Assembly (NCBI GenBank): GCA_016715895.1
Contig: JADJXH010000004.1
Location: 356,712-420,711 of the forward strand
Length of the DNA stretch: 64,000 bases
Direction: 5' to 3'
DNA from: Flavobacteriales bacterium
Lineage (GTDB): Bacteria > Bacteroidota > Bacteroidia > Flavobacteriales_F > PHOS-HE28
A model generated the notes under the pieces. It ran no database searches. It saw only the letters and a list, made by a program, of their open reading frames with translations, and was not told where the DNA came from. The position numbers and the translations under genes were made by a program. Shown here piece after piece: positions 61,895 to 64,000 of the stretch; positions within the stretch are counted from its first letter, which is position 1; each line of letters starts with the position of its first letter.

Positions 61895-63679
61895 TCAGCC
61901 GGTACGCTTGTAATTGCGCACGACGATCCGCACCGTGGTGCCCCGTGCCCCGCTGATGGTGTGCTCCGCCTTGAGCTTGTTGGCGAACGTGCGGATCATG
62001 CCCAGTCCGAAGCCTGTGCCACCAGCCGAGACCGCCTCCGGGTCGGCGATGCCCACGCCATCGTCGGCCACCTCCACCACCAGCGCGCCTGCGGCTTCCT
62101 CCACAGCGATGGCAAGCGTGCCCGTTCGAGCATCGGGCCAGGCGTACTTGAGCGCGTTGGTGACGAGCTCGTTCAGGATGAGCCCGACCGGCACGGCCGT
62201 GTCCACGTCCAGGTTGACCGGCGCCACCCGCAGGTCGGCGGCAACACGATCGGTCATGCCGTAGCTGGTGATCAGGCCATGGACGAGCTTCTCCACGTAC
62301 GCAGGCATCGCCACCCCGGTGAGGTCGCCCTCACGATACAGGTCCTGGTGGATGAGCGCCATGCTCTTCACGCGCAGGCGGCTGTCGTTCACCGCCTCCT
62401 TCGCCTTGGTGTCGGTGATGCCGCGACCCTGGATGCTCAGCAGGCTGCTGACCGTCTGGAGGTTGTTCTTCACGCGGTGATGGATCTCGCGCAGCAGCAG
62501 TTCCTTCTCCTTCAACTGCGCCTCGATCACCTTCTTCTGGGCCATCACCTCCCGCTCGCCATTCCGCTTGAGGCGATAGGCACGGTAGGCGAAGAGCGCC
62601 ACCCCGAGCAGCAGCAGGGCTCCTGCGGCAATGGCTTTGATGGCAAGGGAGCGGCGTTCGAGCTGGGCCACGCTCTCGGCGATGAGGGCATCCTTCCTCC
62701 CGCTCTCGTACTTCTCCTGCATCTCGGCGACCTGCGCGCTGCGCTCCAGGCCGAGGATGGTGTCGCGCAGGGCAACGGAACGCCGGAGGTGGCGAAGCGC
62801 CGAGTCGGGCATTCCGCGCTGCTCGAACCACTCGCTGAGGAACTCATGGGCGTTGGCCTGCACATCGCCGGCCTGCACTGTGGTGGCCAGCGCCAGGCCT
62901 TCGCGCATGCGCAACAGTGCACTGTCCGGATCGCCGGCCTTGCCGTGCAAACGCCCGAGATCGGCCAGCATGTTGGCCCGCGTGTTCTCATCCTCGCCCA
63001 CGGGCATGATGGCCATGGCGCTTCGCAGGATGCCCAGTGCCTCCTCGCTTCGGCCCAATTCGTCCAGGGCATTGGCCAGGTTCATCCGTGTGGTGGCGGC
63101 ATAGCGGTCGAACCCCAAGGCGGTCAGGATCGTGTCCGCCTGCCGGTAGTACGCCACCGATCGGTCGAATCCCCTCTGTTCGTAGAGGATGTTCCCCATG
63201 TTGTTGGACACGTTCGCCATCCACACGGAATCCGGGATGCTCCGGAACCCCTTCAAGGCCATCTCATACTCGGCGGCCGCTTTGTCCAAGCGGTGCAACT
63301 TCTCGTGCACGGTGCCGATGTTGTTGTGGGCCATGGCGGTGTACCAGGGGTCGCCTCCGCGTTCGAAATGGGGCAGTGCGGCCAGGTAGTGCTGCAGCGC
63401 ATTGTCATGGTCGCTGCGGTTCGTGTAGCACATCCCCGTATAGTTGTGCCCCTTCCCGATCTCCAGGTCGATCCCGCTCTGCCCGGCGAGGGCCCTGTAC
63501 TCCCGGGCAAAAACCAGCGCGCTGTCCGGATCGTTGAACACCGTCGCACGCAGCAGCTCGGTCAGCACGGGTAGGCGCGATGTGTCCGCTGGCAGGCCCT
63601 CACGGATCCGGAGCAGGCTATCCAGCTGGCCCTGGGCCGCACCCGCAATGAGCATCAGGATGATCGCCACCGCTCGCAT
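61895..63679 (-). CDS. Sensor histidine kinase (TPR sensor + TM + HisKA_2 + HATPase_c), paralog of 53881..55707
   Basis: Signal MRAVAIILMLIAGAAQGQ. TPR-like repeats. TM ALLLLGVALFAY. H-box LLLREIHHRVKNNLQTVSSLL. ATPase …LNELVTNALKYAW…DDGVGI…GFGLGM…. Confidence 0.85.
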   Translation of the reverse strand: MRAVAIILMLIAGAAQGQLDSLLRIREGLPADTSRLPVLTELLRATVFNDPDSALVFAREYRALAGQSGIDLEIGKGHNYTGMCYTNRSDHDNALQHYLAALPHFERGGDPWYTAMAHNNIGTVHEKLHRLDKAAAEYEMALKGFRSIPDSVWMANVSNNMGNILYEQRGFDRSVAYYRQADTILTALGFDRYAATTRMNLANALDELGRSEEALGILRSAMAIMPVGEDENTRANMLADLGRLHGKAGDPDSALLRMREGLALATTVQAGDVQANAHEFLSEWFEQRGMPDSALRHLRRSVALRDTILGLERSAQVAEMQEKYESGRKDALIAESVAQLERRSLAIKAIAAGALLLLGVALFAYRAYRLKRNGEREVMAQKKVIEAQLKEKELLLREIHHRVKNNLQTVSSLLSIQGRGITDTKAKEAVNDSRLRVKSMALIHQDLYREGDLTGVAMPAYVEKLVHGLITSYGMTDRVAADLRVAPVNLDVDTAVPVGLILNELVTNALKYAWPDARTGTLAIAVEEAAGALVVEVADDGVGIADPEAVSAGGTGFGLGMIRTFANKLKAEHTISGARGTTVRIVVRNYKRTG

Positions 63680-63717
63680 GGCCGCAAGATGAGGGATACC
63701 GTTCGATCCGACCACCC

Positions 63718-64000
63718 TCACAGCACCTTCGCCCACTTCATCCGCTCCGCCCGGAAGCTCCGTCCCCCGGGCAGCCACTGCCCCCTGACCTGCGGTCCAT
63801 CGTCACTGATGGCCAGCACGAGGCCCAGGTTCACGGCATGGCCGCGATGGACCCGCTCCAGGGGATCCTGTGGCAGCTCCACGAGCACATCCTTCCGCAT
63901 ACGCGGTACCGTGAACCGTTGTTGGGCCCTGTGCACCTGGGTGCTGTGGTCTTCGGCCTCCCCATGGAGGATGTCGCTCACGGTCGGTCGCACATGCCGG
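63718..64000 (-). CDS. LytTR-family response regulator, C-terminal part (gene start lies beyond window end)
   Basis: …RVHRGHAVNLGLVLAI… resembles the LytTR motif of 53177..53884 (RVHRSYLVNLHRV). Positioned immediately upstream of the kinase, as in the other pair. Confidence 0.6.
   Translation of the reverse strand, partial: RHVRPTVSDILHGEAEDHSTQVHRAQQRFTVPRMRKDVLVELPQDPLERVHRGHAVNLGLVLAISDDGPQVRGQWLPGGRSFRAERMKWAKVL

Overview
High-GC (about 65-70%) chromosomal segment, probably from a Bacteroidota genome. The suf operon is followed by DUF59 and DUF2480 genes, and many secreted proteins carry type A or type B T9SS C-terminal sorting domains. The backbone is a sufB-(insert)-sufCDSE Fe-S cluster assembly operon, purF, a tryptophan/kynurenine catabolic pair (3-hydroxyanthranilate dioxygenase plus ACMS decarboxylase) with a candidate aminomuconate-semialdehyde dehydrogenase farther downstream, polyphosphate kinase with an N-terminal HD domain, a tandem universal stress protein, tRNA-Ala(GGC), a fructosamine-kinase family gene, a TonB-dependent receptor, a Crp/Fnr regulator, and four two-component systems (one OmpR-type, one LytS-like kinase, two TPR/HisKA_2 kinases with LytTR regulators). 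The accessory content is dominated by secreted cell-surface proteins: at least 9 T9SS cargo genes, including a cluster of three paralogous tandem-repeat-domain proteins, a roughly 1240-aa beta-helix protein and a 1288-aa beta-propeller/PKD adhesin. The most unusual structures are: (1) a 4.5-copy, 227-bp tandem array directly downstream of tRNA-Ala in which every unit carries a tRNA 3'-half pseudocopy plus a terminator hairpin, and whose last unit donates the start codon of the next gene; (2) a leucine-rich-repeat protein and a beta-propeller protein that share a roughly 250-aa C-terminal module with dockerin-like Ca-binding repeats and bracket a LytTR two-component system; (3) a low-GC insertion splitting sufB from sufC; (4) an IS256-family element; and (5) repeat-dense intergenic regions with 129-bp direct repeats flanking a T9SS gene. 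Five genes show frameshifts; the four that localize to a base run are at G/C homopolymers, so the assembly may carry indel errors. All calls are from reading the sequence and ORF translations; no database search was possible.
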